Assembly: GCA_035461195.1 (NCBI GenBank)
Contig: DATHVS010000037.1
Location: 70 to 64,069, forward strand
Reading direction: 5' to 3'
Length of the DNA stretch: 64,000 nt
From: Nocardioidaceae bacterium
Lineage (GTDB): Bacteria; Actinomycetota; Actinomycetes; Propionibacteriales; Nocardioidaceae
The translations under genes and the position numbers were made by a program. Below are positions 1 through 9,827 of the stretch, one piece after another. Numbering within the stretch: position 1 is the stretch's first letter; every line of letters starts with the position of its first letter. The notes beneath the pieces were generated by a model. That model ran no database searches and was not told where the DNA came from. It saw only the letters and a program-made list of their open reading frames with translations.

Positions 1-175
1 AGGTCACAGGCCCGCGTCGCACGTACGCCGGGCCGGGGACCCGAGCGCGACCCGGCCCGACGGGCGGGAGACGCCGACCCCAAGCGCGACCCGACACGAC
101 GGACGGCAGACGCGGCCCGGCACAGGCAGCGTCGGTGAAGCGCATGCATCGCCACCATCGGAGCACCATGGAGCA

Positions 176-502
176 ATGGACGACATCGCCGCGACCCTGC
201 ACGCCAAACGAGCCGAACTCCTCCAGCAGATGGGCCTGCTCGAGGAGAAGCCGGCCGACCACGGCTCGATCTCCTTCGGCAAGCGGGTCGGCGAGGGCAC
301 GTCCATGGCCGTGGACCGGCTCTCCCAGGTGGCCGTCCACGACCGCCTCCAGACCGCCCTCGCCGACGTCGACAGGGCGCTCGCGAAGCTGGACGAGGGT
401 TCCTACGGCCGATGCGACGTGTGCGGTGAACCGATCGCCGTGGAGCGGCTCGAGGCCCTCCCCTGGGCCGTCCGCTGCGTCAAGGACGCCTCACGGGGCT
501 GA
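176..502 (+). CDS. TraR/DksA C4-type zinc-finger protein
   Basis: ALAKLDEGSYGRCDVCGEPIAVERLEALPWAVRC signature; last ligand position is Asp (CVKD). Confidence 0.85.
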   Translation: MDDIAATLHAKRAELLQQMGLLEEKPADHGSISFGKRVGEGTSMAVDRLSQVAVHDRLQTALADVDRALAKLDEGSYGRCDVCGEPIAVERLEALPWAVRCVKDASRG

Positions 503-1129
503 AGCCAGGGCGTGCACGCTCACGGCGTACTCCGAGCTCGGCTCGAACGGCGCGCCCTCCCAGGTGGAGAACCGCTCCCGCGGGGAGAGCCCCGCGGCAC
601 CGCAGGCCTCGTCGTACGCCGAGAGCGGCGTGACCGGGCAGCCCGCCGGCAGGTGAGCGGGGTCGAGCCCGAACCCGGCCACCAGCAGGCCACCGGGCTT
701 CAGCAGGGTGGTCAAAGACGAGACGGCGCTGCCGACCGTCCCGGCCGCGAGGAGGGGTACGACGTTCCCGGCCATCACCACGAGGTCGAACCCGGCGGCA
801 CCGTCGAGGTCCCCGGACCCGAGTCCGTCGAGGTCCGCCCGGTGCCACGCCAGGTGCGGGGCAGTACGACGCGCGACGGCCAGCATCGACTCGTCGACGT
901 CGACCCCGACGACGGAGAACCCGAGCTCGTCGAGCCGCACCGCGACCCGGCCGGTCCCGCAGCCCGCATCGAGTACTCGAGCCCCGGGCGACAGCCGCGA
1001 CGCACAGAAGGTCGCCTCCCCGTGCGGGTCCCCGCCCTCACGAGCGCGGGCGGCCAGGCGCTCGGCGTACTCCTCACCCGTGGCCCCGCCGATCTGGGAC
1101 CACCGGGTCTGACCCGACTCCTCGGACAC
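491..1129 (-). CDS. Class I SAM-dependent methyltransferase
   Basis: VLDAGCGTGRVA motif I, GVDVD; GTG start at 1129 chosen just downstream of menB. Confidence 0.85.
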   Translation of the reverse strand: MSEESGQTRWSQIGGATGEEYAERLAARAREGGDPHGEATFCASRLSPGARVLDAGCGTGRVAVRLDELGFSVVGVDVDESMLAVARRTAPHLAWHRADLDGLGSGDLDGAAGFDLVVMAGNVVPLLAAGTVGSAVSSLTTLLKPGGLLVAGFGLDPAHLPAGCPVTPLSAYDEACGAAGLSPRERFSTWEGAPFEPSSEYAVSVHALASAP

Positions 1130-1136
1130 GGCGACC

Positions 1137-2063
1137 TCAGTAGTAGTGGGGGAAGGCCGACCAGTCGGGCTCGCGCTTCTCGAGGAAGGCGTCACGACCC
1201 TCGACGGCCTCGTCGGTCATGTAGGCCAGGCGGGTCGTCTCGCCGGCGAAGATCTGCTGGCCGACGAGCCCGTCGTCGATGAGGTTGAAGGAGTACTTCA
1301 GCATCCGCTGAGCGGTCGGCGACTTGCCGTTGATCTTGCGGCCCCACTCCAGCGCCACCTTCTCGAGGTCGGCGTGCGGGACGACCTTGTTGACCATGCC
1401 CATGCGGAGGGCCTCCTCGGCGGTGTACTCGTCGCCGAGGAAGAAGATCTCGCGGGCGAACTTCTGCCCGACCTGGCGGGCGAGGTACGCCGACCCGTAG
1501 CCGCCGTCGAAGGACCCGACGTCGGCGTCGGTCTGCTTGAACCGCGCGTGCTCGGCGCTCGCCAAGGTCAGGTCCGAGACGACGTGGAGCGAGTGGCCCC
1601 CGCCCGCGGCCCAGCCCGGCACCACGCAGATGACGACCTTCGGCATGAACCGGATCAACCGCTGGCACTCCAGGATGTGCAGCCGCGCGAGCTTCGCCTT
1701 GTCGACCGTCTCGGCGGTCTCGCCCTCGGCGTACTGGTAGCCGGCCCGCCCCCGGATGCGCTGGTCGCCCCCGGAGCAGAACGCCCACCCGCCGTCCTTG
1801 GGCGAGGGCCCGTTCCCGGTGAGCAGGACACAGCCGACGTCGCTGGAGGTGCGCGCGTGCTCCAGCACTCGCAGCAGCTCGTCGACGGTGTGGGGCCGGA
1901 AGGCGTTGCGAACTTCCGGCCGGTCGAACGCGATCCGCACAGTGCCGTGCTCGACCGCCCGGTGGTAGGTCAGGTCGGTCAGGTCCTCGAAGCCGGGCAC
2001 CGGCTTCCAGGCGGACGGGTCGAAGATCTCGGAGACAGCGTCGGGGGCCGGGGCGTCAGACAT
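1137..2063 (-). CDS. menB: 1,4-dihydroxy-2-naphthoyl-CoA synthase
   Basis: RPEVRNAFRP, AFCSGGDQR, GSFDGGYGS, AVEGRDAFLEKR crotonase/MenB motifs. Confidence 0.95.
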   Translation of the reverse strand: MSDAPAPDAVSEIFDPSAWKPVPGFEDLTDLTYHRAVEHGTVRIAFDRPEVRNAFRPHTVDELLRVLEHARTSSDVGCVLLTGNGPSPKDGGWAFCSGGDQRIRGRAGYQYAEGETAETVDKAKLARLHILECQRLIRFMPKVVICVVPGWAAGGGHSLHVVSDLTLASAEHARFKQTDADVGSFDGGYGSAYLARQVGQKFAREIFFLGDEYTAEEALRMGMVNKVVPHADLEKVALEWGRKINGKSPTAQRMLKYSFNLIDDGLVGQQIFAGETTRLAYMTDEAVEGRDAFLEKREPDWSAFPHYY

Positions 2064-2087
2064 GGCGGCAGGCTACCCCTGCCCCGG

Positions 2088-2993
2088 TCAGCCCCTGCCG
2101 TGCGGCTCGTGCCAGCCGGACAGGTCGGGCCCTACCGGCACGATGCCGTTCGGGTTGATGCGCTCGTGGGTGAGGTAGTAGTGCCGCTTGATGTGGTCGA
2201 AGTCGACCGTGTCGCCGAAGCCAGGGGTCTGGAACAGGTCCCGCGCGTAGGCCCACAGCACCGGCATCTCCGTGAGCTTGTGACGGTTGCACTTGAAGTG
2301 GCCGTGGTACGCCGCGTCGAACCGGACCAGCGTCGTGAAGAGGCGTACGTCGGCCTCGGTGATCTGCTCGCCGACGAGGTAGCGCTGCCCCGCGAGACGT
2401 TCCGAGAGCTGGTCGAGACGCTCGAAGAGTGCGGCGTACGCCTCCTCGTAGGCCCCCTGCGATGCAGCGAAGCCGCAGCGGTAGACGCCATTGTTGACGT
2501 CGCGGTAGACGACGTCGTTGACCTCGTCGATCTCCGCGCGCAGTGCCTCGGGATAGAGGTCGGGCGCCCCGTCACCGTGGAAGGCGCGCCACTCGGTGGA
2601 GAGGTCCAGCGTCATCTGCCCGAAGTCGTTGGTCACCACGAGGCCGGTCTCCACGTCGACGAGGGCCGGCACCGTCACACGCCCCCCGAAGTCGGGGTCG
2701 GTGCGCTCGTAGACCTCCGAGAGGTACTCGATGCCGAGGACCGGGTCCCGCCCCTCCGGGTCCAGCGTGAACCGCCACCCGCGCTCGTCGCGGATCGGGT
2801 CCGCGGTCCCGACCGATATCACCTCATCGAGCCCGAGCAGTCCGAGGACGATGCGCGCCCGGTGCGACCAGGGACAGGCCCGGCACCAGATCAGGCGGTA
2901 GCGCCCCGCCTCGGGTGTGGGGCGTCCGGTGAACCGGTTCGGCTGCCGCCTGAACGCCCCCGACTCGTCGGTCTCCTTCCCGAACTGCGCCAT
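2088..2993 (-). CDS. Glutathionyl-hydroquinone reductase-like GST (YqjG/ECM4, Xi/omega class)
   Basis: CRACPWSHR, RVTVPAL, VNNGVYRCGFA, TLVRFDAAYHGHFKCN, DHIKRHYY; ATG at 2993 coupled to upstream stop. Confidence 0.9.
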   Translation of the reverse strand: MAQFGKETDESGAFRRQPNRFTGRPTPEAGRYRLIWCRACPWSHRARIVLGLLGLDEVISVGTADPIRDERGWRFTLDPEGRDPVLGIEYLSEVYERTDPDFGGRVTVPALVDVETGLVVTNDFGQMTLDLSTEWRAFHGDGAPDLYPEALRAEIDEVNDVVYRDVNNGVYRCGFAASQGAYEEAYAALFERLDQLSERLAGQRYLVGEQITEADVRLFTTLVRFDAAYHGHFKCNRHKLTEMPVLWAYARDLFQTPGFGDTVDFDHIKRHYYLTHERINPNGIVPVGPDLSGWHEPHGRG

Positions 2994-3643
2994 CAGCCGC
3001 CCTTGGCGATCGAGACCGCCAGCGCTGCGAGGTGGCCGAGCCGGGCGAGCTCGGAGTCGAGGATCGGCGGCCCACCGCGCCGGCCGAACAGGATCAGCTC
3101 GTCCTTGTCCTCGAGGGGCGCCGCGGCGACCAGCGTCGACGACCATCGATCCCAGTCCCGGGGCACCTCCAGCCGGGAGGGGCGGCTCAGCGGAAACCAG
3201 TCGACCTCCCCGCCGAGGATGTCCGGTGCCGCTGAGGTGCTGTGCCTGATCGTGATACCGGAGTCGGCACGCTGGAGGCGCAGGCCCCAGTCGGCGCGGA
3301 AGGTGATGGGGAGGAGGTCGACGAGCTCGTCGATCGCCGTGTGCGGGGTGGCTGTGAGCGCCTCCACCGCCTCGAGGTCGAGGAAGACGTTGCCGCCCGC
3401 CCCGTAGCGGGAGATCCACAGCACGCTCACACCGTCGAGGCTGGTGCACGCGGAGACGATGGAGTCGGGCATCACGCCGGGCGCAGTCTCGAGCAGCACG
3501 TCGTCGACCGCCGTGCGGGTGGAGAGGTTCTTCTGGACGATCTCGATCGCCTCGATGTCACCGCCGGCCTCGCCGATGGCGGCTGCGACCCGCCCCAGGG
3601 ACCCCGGGACGTCGGGCAGCTCGACTCGGAGCAGGTACGGCAT
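2993..3643 (-). CDS. ACT-domain amino-acid-binding protein
   Basis: N-terminal LRVELPDVPGSLGRVAAAIGEAGGDI ACT signature. Confidence 0.8.
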   Translation of the reverse strand: MPYLLRVELPDVPGSLGRVAAAIGEAGGDIEAIEIVQKNLSTRTAVDDVLLETAPGVMPDSIVSACTSLDGVSVLWISRYGAGGNVFLDLEAVEALTATPHTAIDELVDLLPITFRADWGLRLQRADSGITIRHSTSAAPDILGGEVDWFPLSRPSRLEVPRDWDRWSSTLVAAAPLEDKDELILFGRRGGPPILDSELARLGHLAALAVSIAKGG

Positions 3644-3651
3644 CGGGCTGC

Positions 3652-4407
3652 TCAGCCCCTTTCCAGTTCGGCGACATCGCCGGCGCTCACGACACCGGGG
3701 GTCACAACCACGGCGTCCACCCCGAAGTTCACATCCTTCCGCACCCGACGATAACGCGCGAGGGTGTTCAGAACCGGGTCCCGCTCCCCACTTCCGTCAG
3801 GATCGAGGTCGACCACCGCGCACCGCGGCACGCGTCCTCGCACGAGCACGACCGCCCCGCCCAACCGGAGCTCGCGTCCTACCCAGGAGTCCTCCACGTG
3901 AGGCTGGTCGTCCACGTCGAGCAGGAACGTGGACCTGAACCGCGCGCTCGCCACGTCGTGCCCGATCCGCTCGGAGAGCAGCCGCATGGACGCAGTCGTC
4001 AGGACGGTCACCGCACCGCCGTACACCACCTCGCCGGGGTGGACCGAGCGTGCCAGCACCACCTCGCGCCCGAGGTGCTCGAAGAAGGCCCGCGACCACG
4101 GCCCTGCGACGACCTCGAGCGCGGCTGTCCGGCCCCAGTAGTCGGCCTTCACGACCTCCCCCGTCGGCGTCGGTGTGCCCTCGACGGTGCCGGCCGGGAG
4201 GTCGACGGACAGGACGCCGCCGTCCCAGCGCGCCGCCGCCCGGACGAGGGAGGGGTTCTCCACGGTCCGCAGGACGCGTCGACGAACAGGGTCGAGCAGG
4301 CAGAAGACGCGGTCGCCCACGGGCCCCTCCGGGGAAAGCTCGACCCGCTCCCGCGCGGTGTGGCGTGCACCCTTGAGCGCGGTGAGCCCGATCCTCTCGA
4401 TCCGCAT
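3652..4407 (-). CDS. MOSC domain protein
   Basis: GPVGDRVF, ARFRSTF, VPRCAVVD MOSC motifs; ATG 4407. Confidence 0.8.
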   Translation of the reverse strand: MRIERIGLTALKGARHTARERVELSPEGPVGDRVFCLLDPVRRRVLRTVENPSLVRAAARWDGGVLSVDLPAGTVEGTPTPTGEVVKADYWGRTAALEVVAGPWSRAFFEHLGREVVLARSVHPGEVVYGGAVTVLTTASMRLLSERIGHDVASARFRSTFLLDVDDQPHVEDSWVGRELRLGGAVVLVRGRVPRCAVVDLDPDGSGERDPVLNTLARYRRVRKDVNFGVDAVVVTPGVVSAGDVAELERG

Positions 4408-4442
4408 GCTGCCAGCGTGACACGGCGAGGTCAGGCGTCGTC

Positions 4443-5105
4443 TCATCGTCCGCTGGGCGAACCGGGACGACGAACCACCCGGATGTTGAAGACGGGGGTG
4501 CCGAGCCGCCCCGTCAGCCGCACCCACAGCGGCAGCCACATCTCCATCCCGCGGGCAGCGGCGAGATCCTCGAACTCGATGACGTCGCGCCAGCCGAGCT
4601 GCTCGAGCAGTGCCACGACTCTCTCGCGTGCTCCAGGGTCCTCCCCTGCCACGAACATCGTGGTCTCGTCGTCCCCCACCCGGGAGGGATCCACCATCAC
4701 CGCGCAGTTGACGGTGTTGAGCGACTTCACCACCCGGGTCCGGGGGAAGGCGCGCTGGATCTGCTCGGCGAGGGAGTCGGTGTCCTTGACCGTGAGGGTC
4801 GGCGGGAAGCCCGCGGAGAAGTCCAGCGGGTTCGCGACGTCGAGCAGCACCGAGTCCGCGAGGGCCGCCTCACCCACGGCCTCGAGCGCCTCGAGGGAGC
4901 CCCGTCCGCTGGTCGCGTTGACCACGAGGTCTGCACCCTCGGCCACGCCGGCGAAAGGGGCCAGCGGGAGGTCGAGGTCCCAGTCGTCCCGCGCCCGGGT
5001 GGCATCGGGGTCACGCGTCCCGACGACCACGTCGTGGCCGAGACGGCTCAACGCCGGGGCCAGGGTCCGGCCCACCATCCCCGTGCCGAGCACCGCGATC
5101 CTCAT
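4443..5105 (-). CDS. NADPH-dependent F420 reductase-like oxidoreductase
   Basis: MRIAVLGTGMVG Rossmann, LDVANPL, RVVKSLNT. Confidence 0.8.
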   Translation of the reverse strand: MRIAVLGTGMVGRTLAPALSRLGHDVVVGTRDPDATRARDDWDLDLPLAPFAGVAEGADLVVNATSGRGSLEALEAVGEAALADSVLLDVANPLDFSAGFPPTLTVKDTDSLAEQIQRAFPRTRVVKSLNTVNCAVMVDPSRVGDDETTMFVAGEDPGARERVVALLEQLGWRDVIEFEDLAAARGMEMWLPLWVRLTGRLGTPVFNIRVVRRPGSPSGR

Positions 5106-5115
5106 GTCAGGGACG

Positions 5116-5688
5116 CTACGGTGCCGGGCGCCCCAGCCGGAATGACTCGATCACCTCATAACGGGGCCGCTTGCGCGGCCCCTCACCCAGGTGCGACTCG
5201 ATCAGGGAGATCTCCTCCGCGTGCCAGGTGGGCCCCCGGTACGCGTCGAGCACCCGGATCCACTTGGTCACGTCGAGCGGGCGCCCGATACGGGCCAGGG
5301 TCAGGTGAGGGTGGAACCGGCCGCCCTCAGCCTCCGCCCCGCACTTGTTCGCCGCGGCGCGGGCCCCCGTCGCCAGCCGCCGAAGCTCCTCGGCGTCGCT
5401 CACCGCGAGGCCTGCCCAGAGCACCTTGGCCCGTCCCGCGTTCGGGAAGGCGCCACCGCCGGCGAGGGTCACCGAGAAAGGGGTACGACGGGCAGCCGCA
5501 CGTTTCAGGCGGGCGAACAGGTCGTCGAGGGTCCGGTCGGGGACCTCGGGCATGAACGCGAGCGTGACGTGCCACTGCTCCGGGGCGGTCCAGCGGAAGC
5601 CCCGCTCCGCCTCCTGTCGCGGCCCGAGGAACTCACCGAGGTCCTCGAGCGCTCCCTCGGGCGGGGTCAACGCCACGAACATCCGCAT
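5116..5688 (-). CDS. thpR: RNA 2',3'-cyclic phosphodiesterase (2H family)
   Basis: MRMFVAL start, two HxT motifs (WHVTLAF, PHLTLAR). Confidence 0.9.
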   Translation of the reverse strand: MRMFVALTPPEGALEDLGEFLGPRQEAERGFRWTAPEQWHVTLAFMPEVPDRTLDDLFARLKRAAARRTPFSVTLAGGGAFPNAGRAKVLWAGLAVSDAEELRRLATGARAAANKCGAEAEGGRFHPHLTLARIGRPLDVTKWIRVLDAYRGPTWHAEEISLIESHLGEGPRKRPRYEVIESFRLGRPAP

Positions 5689-5740
5689 GTCGCCACCGTA
5701 GACCCGCGTGGATCACCGCCGGGCTGGGTAACGCCGGGAC

Positions 5741-5941
5741 ATGACCGACAACGAAGAGATCCGCAACGAGGCCCAGCAGGCCGTTTACGAGCGCGTCCTC
5801 TCCTGGCAGGAGGGGGCCCCCGTCGGGACCGTCAAGGAGGAGCTGCGCAAGGCAGCTGCCGAGGTCGACGTCGAGGTCGACGACGCCTGGCTGGACGAGA
5901 AGGCCCGACAGATCAGTGACGCCGACCCCGCCTCGCGCTGA
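5741..5941 (+). CDS. Small acidic hypothetical protein (66 aa)
   Basis: High-GC3 codon usage, fills gap between divergent/convergent genes; GGGTAA 9 nt upstream. Confidence 0.65.
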   Translation: MTDNEEIRNEAQQAVYERVLSWQEGAPVGTVKEELRKAAAEVDVEVDDAWLDEKARQISDADPASR

Positions 5942-7163
5942 GCTCGAGGCGCACGGCGGCCGCAGTCCGGCGGCCCGACACGAGCGCGCCCTGGATGGAC
6001 GCCGTGTCCCGGTGGTCGCCGGCGACGAAGAGTCCCTCGCCGAGCTCCACCGGCTGACGGAGTGACACCCCGGGCCGCTGGTGCGGCAGTGCGTGCGGGA
6101 TCTCGTGAGCCACCACGAGGTCCCAGCCGGCGGTGGAGGTGCGGTACATCCGCGACAGGTGCTCGCGCACCTCTGACTCGGACGGCACGGCGCCCTGCGC
6201 GAGGGTCGTCGCCTGCACCAGGTGGCGCCCCTCCGGGGCGTAGGCGGGGGCGACGTTCGACATCACCGCGGTGTTGACGACCGGACCGCTGCGGGACGGG
6301 TCCAGCACGAGCAGGTCGAGATCGGAGGGGGCCTCGTCGACGGCGTACCAGTACGTGACGAGCCCCTTCATCCCGGCCGTGTCGACCCCGGTCAGCCCCG
6401 TGGCGACCGCCGGGTCCGTCGCCACGACGACCGCGCTGGCGTCGTACCGGCGACCGTCGGTGACCACCTGCCAGCCGTCGCGCCGAGTCTCCACGGAGGC
6501 CACCTCGGCGCCGAGGACGACCTCGCCCTCGAGGTCGGCGGCGATCTGCTCGGGGAGGGCCGACATCCCGAGCGCAGGGACGCCGGGGGTGCCGAGGGCG
6601 AACGAGCGGATCAGCAGCCGCGCGAACGTCGCGGACGTCTCGCCACGGTCCTCGGCGAGCACTCCGGTGAAGAACGGCTCGAAGACCTCGGCGCGGATCT
6701 TCCCGCGGACCCCGGCGCTGTCGAGGGAGGTCGCCAACGGTTCGTCCTGCTGCTCGAGGAGCTTGCGGACGCTGCCGAGCGACGGCTTGGCCCACGCTCC
6801 GAAGCGGGCGATCTCACCCGGCCGCACGTAGCCGCTGCGCATCACCTGCGGGAGGTACCCGGGGCTGCGCCGTGGGTCCGCCACGATGGCGAACCCGCGG
6901 GGCCCCGCGAGGGCCGCACCGGCGGCGAAGGTCCGCAGGTCCAGCGCGTCCACGTCGACGAGCTGCTGGAGTGCCGGGTACGCCGGGTTGATGAGCTGGA
7001 AACCACGGTCGCAGCGGAACCCGTCGACGTGGTCCGTGCGGACCCGGCCCCCGATGGCGTCGGACTTCTCCAGGACCACGACGTGGAGGCCACCGCGCTC
7101 GAGCTCGCGAGCACACGTCAGCCCGGCGAGGCCCGCACCGACGACGACGACATCCGACGACAT
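5913..7163 (-). CDS. FAD-dependent oxidoreductase (amine oxidase/protoporphyrinogen oxidase-like)
   Basis: VVVGAGLAGL, GGRVRT, DRGFQL, C-terminal AGD...SIQGALVSG. Confidence 0.85.
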   Translation of the reverse strand: MSSDVVVVGAGLAGLTCARELERGGLHVVVLEKSDAIGGRVRTDHVDGFRCDRGFQLINPAYPALQQLVDVDALDLRTFAAGAALAGPRGFAIVADPRRSPGYLPQVMRSGYVRPGEIARFGAWAKPSLGSVRKLLEQQDEPLATSLDSAGVRGKIRAEVFEPFFTGVLAEDRGETSATFARLLIRSFALGTPGVPALGMSALPEQIAADLEGEVVLGAEVASVETRRDGWQVVTDGRRYDASAVVVATDPAVATGLTGVDTAGMKGLVTYWYAVDEAPSDLDLLVLDPSRSGPVVNTAVMSNVAPAYAPEGRHLVQATTLAQGAVPSESEVREHLSRMYRTSTAGWDLVVAHEIPHALPHQRPGVSLRQPVELGEGLFVAGDHRDTASIQGALVSGRRTAAAVRLELSARRGRRH

Positions 7164-7191
7164 GCGGTCACTATCGCACCGGGCGCAAGCC

Positions 7192-8388
7192 TCAGTCGGC
7201 CAGTCCCTCCAGCTTGATCACCACACCGGCGTGGTCCGAGGGCCACAGGCCGGTCGCCTTGTCGCGATCACCCTTCTTGTCCCCGGTGACCTCGCCGTGC
7301 CGGACGCGGATCGTCTCCCCCGCGGCGGTGCGCGCGAAGATCATGTCGATCCGGTGGTCGAAGCCCCAGGCCCTGGTGTCGTTCACCAGCTCGCTCAGGC
7401 CCGCGGTCCACCCGCGCTGGGCCGGCCACCTCACCAGCCACATGTCCTCGAAGCCCTGGCCCACGATGAACTCGTACGGCGCCTTGTGCGCGACGGCGTC
7501 GAAGGACTTCACCGAGTCGTCGAGCGGGTCGGAGTTGCAGTCGCAGGCGATGACCGTGGTCCTGGGGGTGGCACCTGCCTCGGTCACCATCTGCACCGCC
7601 TGGGCGAGGGCGATGTCGGAGCTGAACGCCTCCAGGTGCGTGTTGACGAAGCGCAGGTCCACGCCTGCGGCGTTCTCGACGTCGACGAAGTTGTAGCCGC
7701 GGTCGAAGTTCATGGGGACGCCCGCGATCTCGACCGCGAGGTTGACGTCGTAGATCTTGTTCCCCCCGCCGACCGCCGCCAGGCCGGCGTCGGCGCGCAT
7801 GAGGATCACGTCGCGCATCGTCATCCGGACGTTGCGCGACGTCGGGTCACCGGGGTACGCCGCGAAGGCCGGCGCCTCGACGTCGGCCCGCATCCCGACG
7901 TTCACGGCCTCGTAGGAGACCCCCTCCTCCTCGAGGTCGTCGAGAAGCATCTCGAGGAAGTCGTAGTCGACGTTGGTGGCCGACGGAGCGGCGATGCCCG
8001 CAAGGTCGAGGGGCCCGCTGCGCCACAGCGCGACCTCCTGGAGCCCCACCAGGTCCGGCGCGGTGTCCGCGATCTCGTCGGCGAGGAGCCGGCTGCGCAC
8101 CGCGAAGTTCGTGCGGTCGACGATCTCGCGCGTCTCGTGGGTCGCCCGGCCCAGGGCCACGAGAATCGCGGCCTGGTCGCCGCCGGCCTCCGCAGCCTCG
8201 GTGGCGGCCCGCACGGGTCGGTTGATGTCGGCGCCGAGGTAGATGTTGCGGGTCATCACGGTCACCGAGCCCGCGTCGTCCGGTTTCGCCGCCTGGGCCG
8301 ACGTGGCGGCCAAGGGGGCGAAGGCTGTGCCGAGCAGCAGGGCGGCGAGGACCGCCCTCACACCTCGTGATCTGGGGGCATACGTCAT
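7192..8388 (-). CDS. Secreted endonuclease/exonuclease/phosphatase-family protein
   Basis: Signal peptide ending AQA; MTRN, GLQEV, NTHLE, CDCNS, RIDMIF, PSDHAGV. Confidence 0.85.
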   Translation of the reverse strand: MTYAPRSRGVRAVLAALLLGTAFAPLAATSAQAAKPDDAGSVTVMTRNIYLGADINRPVRAATEAAEAGGDQAAILVALGRATHETREIVDRTNFAVRSRLLADEIADTAPDLVGLQEVALWRSGPLDLAGIAAPSATNVDYDFLEMLLDDLEEEGVSYEAVNVGMRADVEAPAFAAYPGDPTSRNVRMTMRDVILMRADAGLAAVGGGNKIYDVNLAVEIAGVPMNFDRGYNFVDVENAAGVDLRFVNTHLEAFSSDIALAQAVQMVTEAGATPRTTVIACDCNSDPLDDSVKSFDAVAHKAPYEFIVGQGFEDMWLVRWPAQRGWTAGLSELVNDTRAWGFDHRIDMIFARTAAGETIRVRHGEVTGDKKGDRDKATGLWPSDHAGVVIKLEGLAD

Positions 8389-8543
8389 TACATTCCCTCC
8401 CTCAGGGGCTCACCCCGAGCCTCTCCCCCGCGGGCCGTCTGGACCAGAGCCCCTTCGGACCATGACGAGTGGGTAGAACGAGTTCCACTACGATCCGCGG
8501 GATCCGGCTTTCACGCCACAGCCTCAGGAGGCATGATCGTGGC

Positions 8544-9722
8544 GTGCACAGCAACCTCTCGGCCTCAGGCATCCTTGGCTCCGCGGGACGTGTCCCCCAC
8601 GTCGACACCGAGCCGCTGCTCAGCAGCGACCTGACCCTGGCCGGGCGGCGCCTGCCGTTGACGGCCACGGCGAGGATCTACGTCTGCGGCATCACGCCCT
8701 ACCTCGTCACCCACCTAGGGCACGCCTCGACGTTCGTCTGGGCCGACGTGGTCCAGTCGGTGGTCCGGCTCGCCGGAGTGGAGGTGGACACCTGCCGCAA
8801 CGTCACCGACGTCGACGACGTGCTCACCGCCGCAGCCCTCGAGCACGGCCGGCCCTACGACGAGTTCGCGCTGACCCAGGAGTTCCTCTTCGACCGCGAC
8901 ATGCGCGCCCTGGGCAACAAGGCGCCCGACCACACGCCCCACGCACGCCTCCACGTCGCCCACGTGACCCAGCTCGCCGCCGCCCTCCTCACGACGGGCC
9001 ACGCCTACGAACGCGACGGCTTCGTGTACTTCCGCGGCGACGGCGTGGCCACCCGCAGCGGCCTCAGCGAGAAGGAGGCGCTCGAGCGGTCCCGCGCCTT
9101 CGGCGACCAGCCCGACGACACCCACCGCGACTCCCCGTTCGACGTACCCGTCTGGCGACCCTCCCCCGAGGACGAGCCGGCGTGGCCGAGCCCGTGGGGC
9201 TGGGGCCGGCCCGGCTGGCACTCGGAGTGCGCTGCGATGGCCTGGGCGACGTTCGGGACCAGCGTCGACGTGATCGTCGGCGGCGAGGACCTCACCTACC
9301 CTCACCACGCCTACCAGTGCGCGATGGTTGAGGCGGCCAGCGGCGTCGCTCCCTTCGCCCGCCGGCAGGTCCACATCGGCGCCGTCCACCAGGACGGCCG
9401 CAAGATGGCGAAGTCCACGGGCAACATGACCCTCGTCCGGGACCTCCTGGCCGCCCACCGCCCGGCGGCGGTGCGTCTGATGATCGTCAACCGCGTCTGG
9501 CACCGGTCCTGGGAGTACGCCGAACGCGAGGTCGACCGGGCGGAGAAGGCCCTCGACGAGCTCTACGGGGCCGCCGGCCGCACCCACGACAGCACCGAGG
9601 CCGACGAGCAGGTCGTGACGGCACTCCTCGAGGACCTCGACGTCCCCCGGGCCGTCGACGTCGCCACCCGGGAGGGCGGCAGCGCCGCCCGCCTCCTCCT
9701 GGAGATCCTCAAGCTGCGCTGA
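8544..9722 (+). CDS. MshC/cysteinyl-tRNA-synthetase-like cysteine ligase paralog (no anticodon-binding domain)
   Basis: YVCGITPY..THLGH, NVTDVDD, GRPGWHSEC, GGEDLTYPHH, KMAKS; only ~392 aa. GTG 8544 lies 6 nt after CATGAT (leaderless-like); start uncertain. Confidence 0.8.
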   Translation: MHSNLSASGILGSAGRVPHVDTEPLLSSDLTLAGRRLPLTATARIYVCGITPYLVTHLGHASTFVWADVVQSVVRLAGVEVDTCRNVTDVDDVLTAAALEHGRPYDEFALTQEFLFDRDMRALGNKAPDHTPHARLHVAHVTQLAAALLTTGHAYERDGFVYFRGDGVATRSGLSEKEALERSRAFGDQPDDTHRDSPFDVPVWRPSPEDEPAWPSPWGWGRPGWHSECAAMAWATFGTSVDVIVGGEDLTYPHHAYQCAMVEAASGVAPFARRQVHIGAVHQDGRKMAKSTGNMTLVRDLLAAHRPAAVRLMIVNRVWHRSWEYAEREVDRAEKALDELYGAAGRTHDSTEADEQVVTALLEDLDVPRAVDVATREGGSAARLLLEILKLR

Positions 9723-9827
9723 GGGCGCATTGTGACGCAGGTCCAGTGTGTGGACCACCCCTGATGGGTATAGAACCATGGACCGGCCGCACCCGGCGGC
9801 CTCTTGCCCGGGGAAAGGTTCCAAGAC

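Noticed and set aside
40-120. Degenerate ~39-nt tandem repeat (AGCGCGACCCG...GACGC)
   Set aside because: Only two poor copies at the window edge; not CRISPR-like, context missing
1146-3407. Long antisense ORFs (also 15896-18736, 43971-45605, 46787-49000, 25640-28348, 30198-32147)
   Set aside because: Shadow frames of real genes in high-GC DNA; no motifs, low-complexity translations
8544-9722. Calling the gene cysS or mshC
   Set aside because: No anticodon-binding domain (not cysS); divergent motifs and context leave mshC orthology unproven
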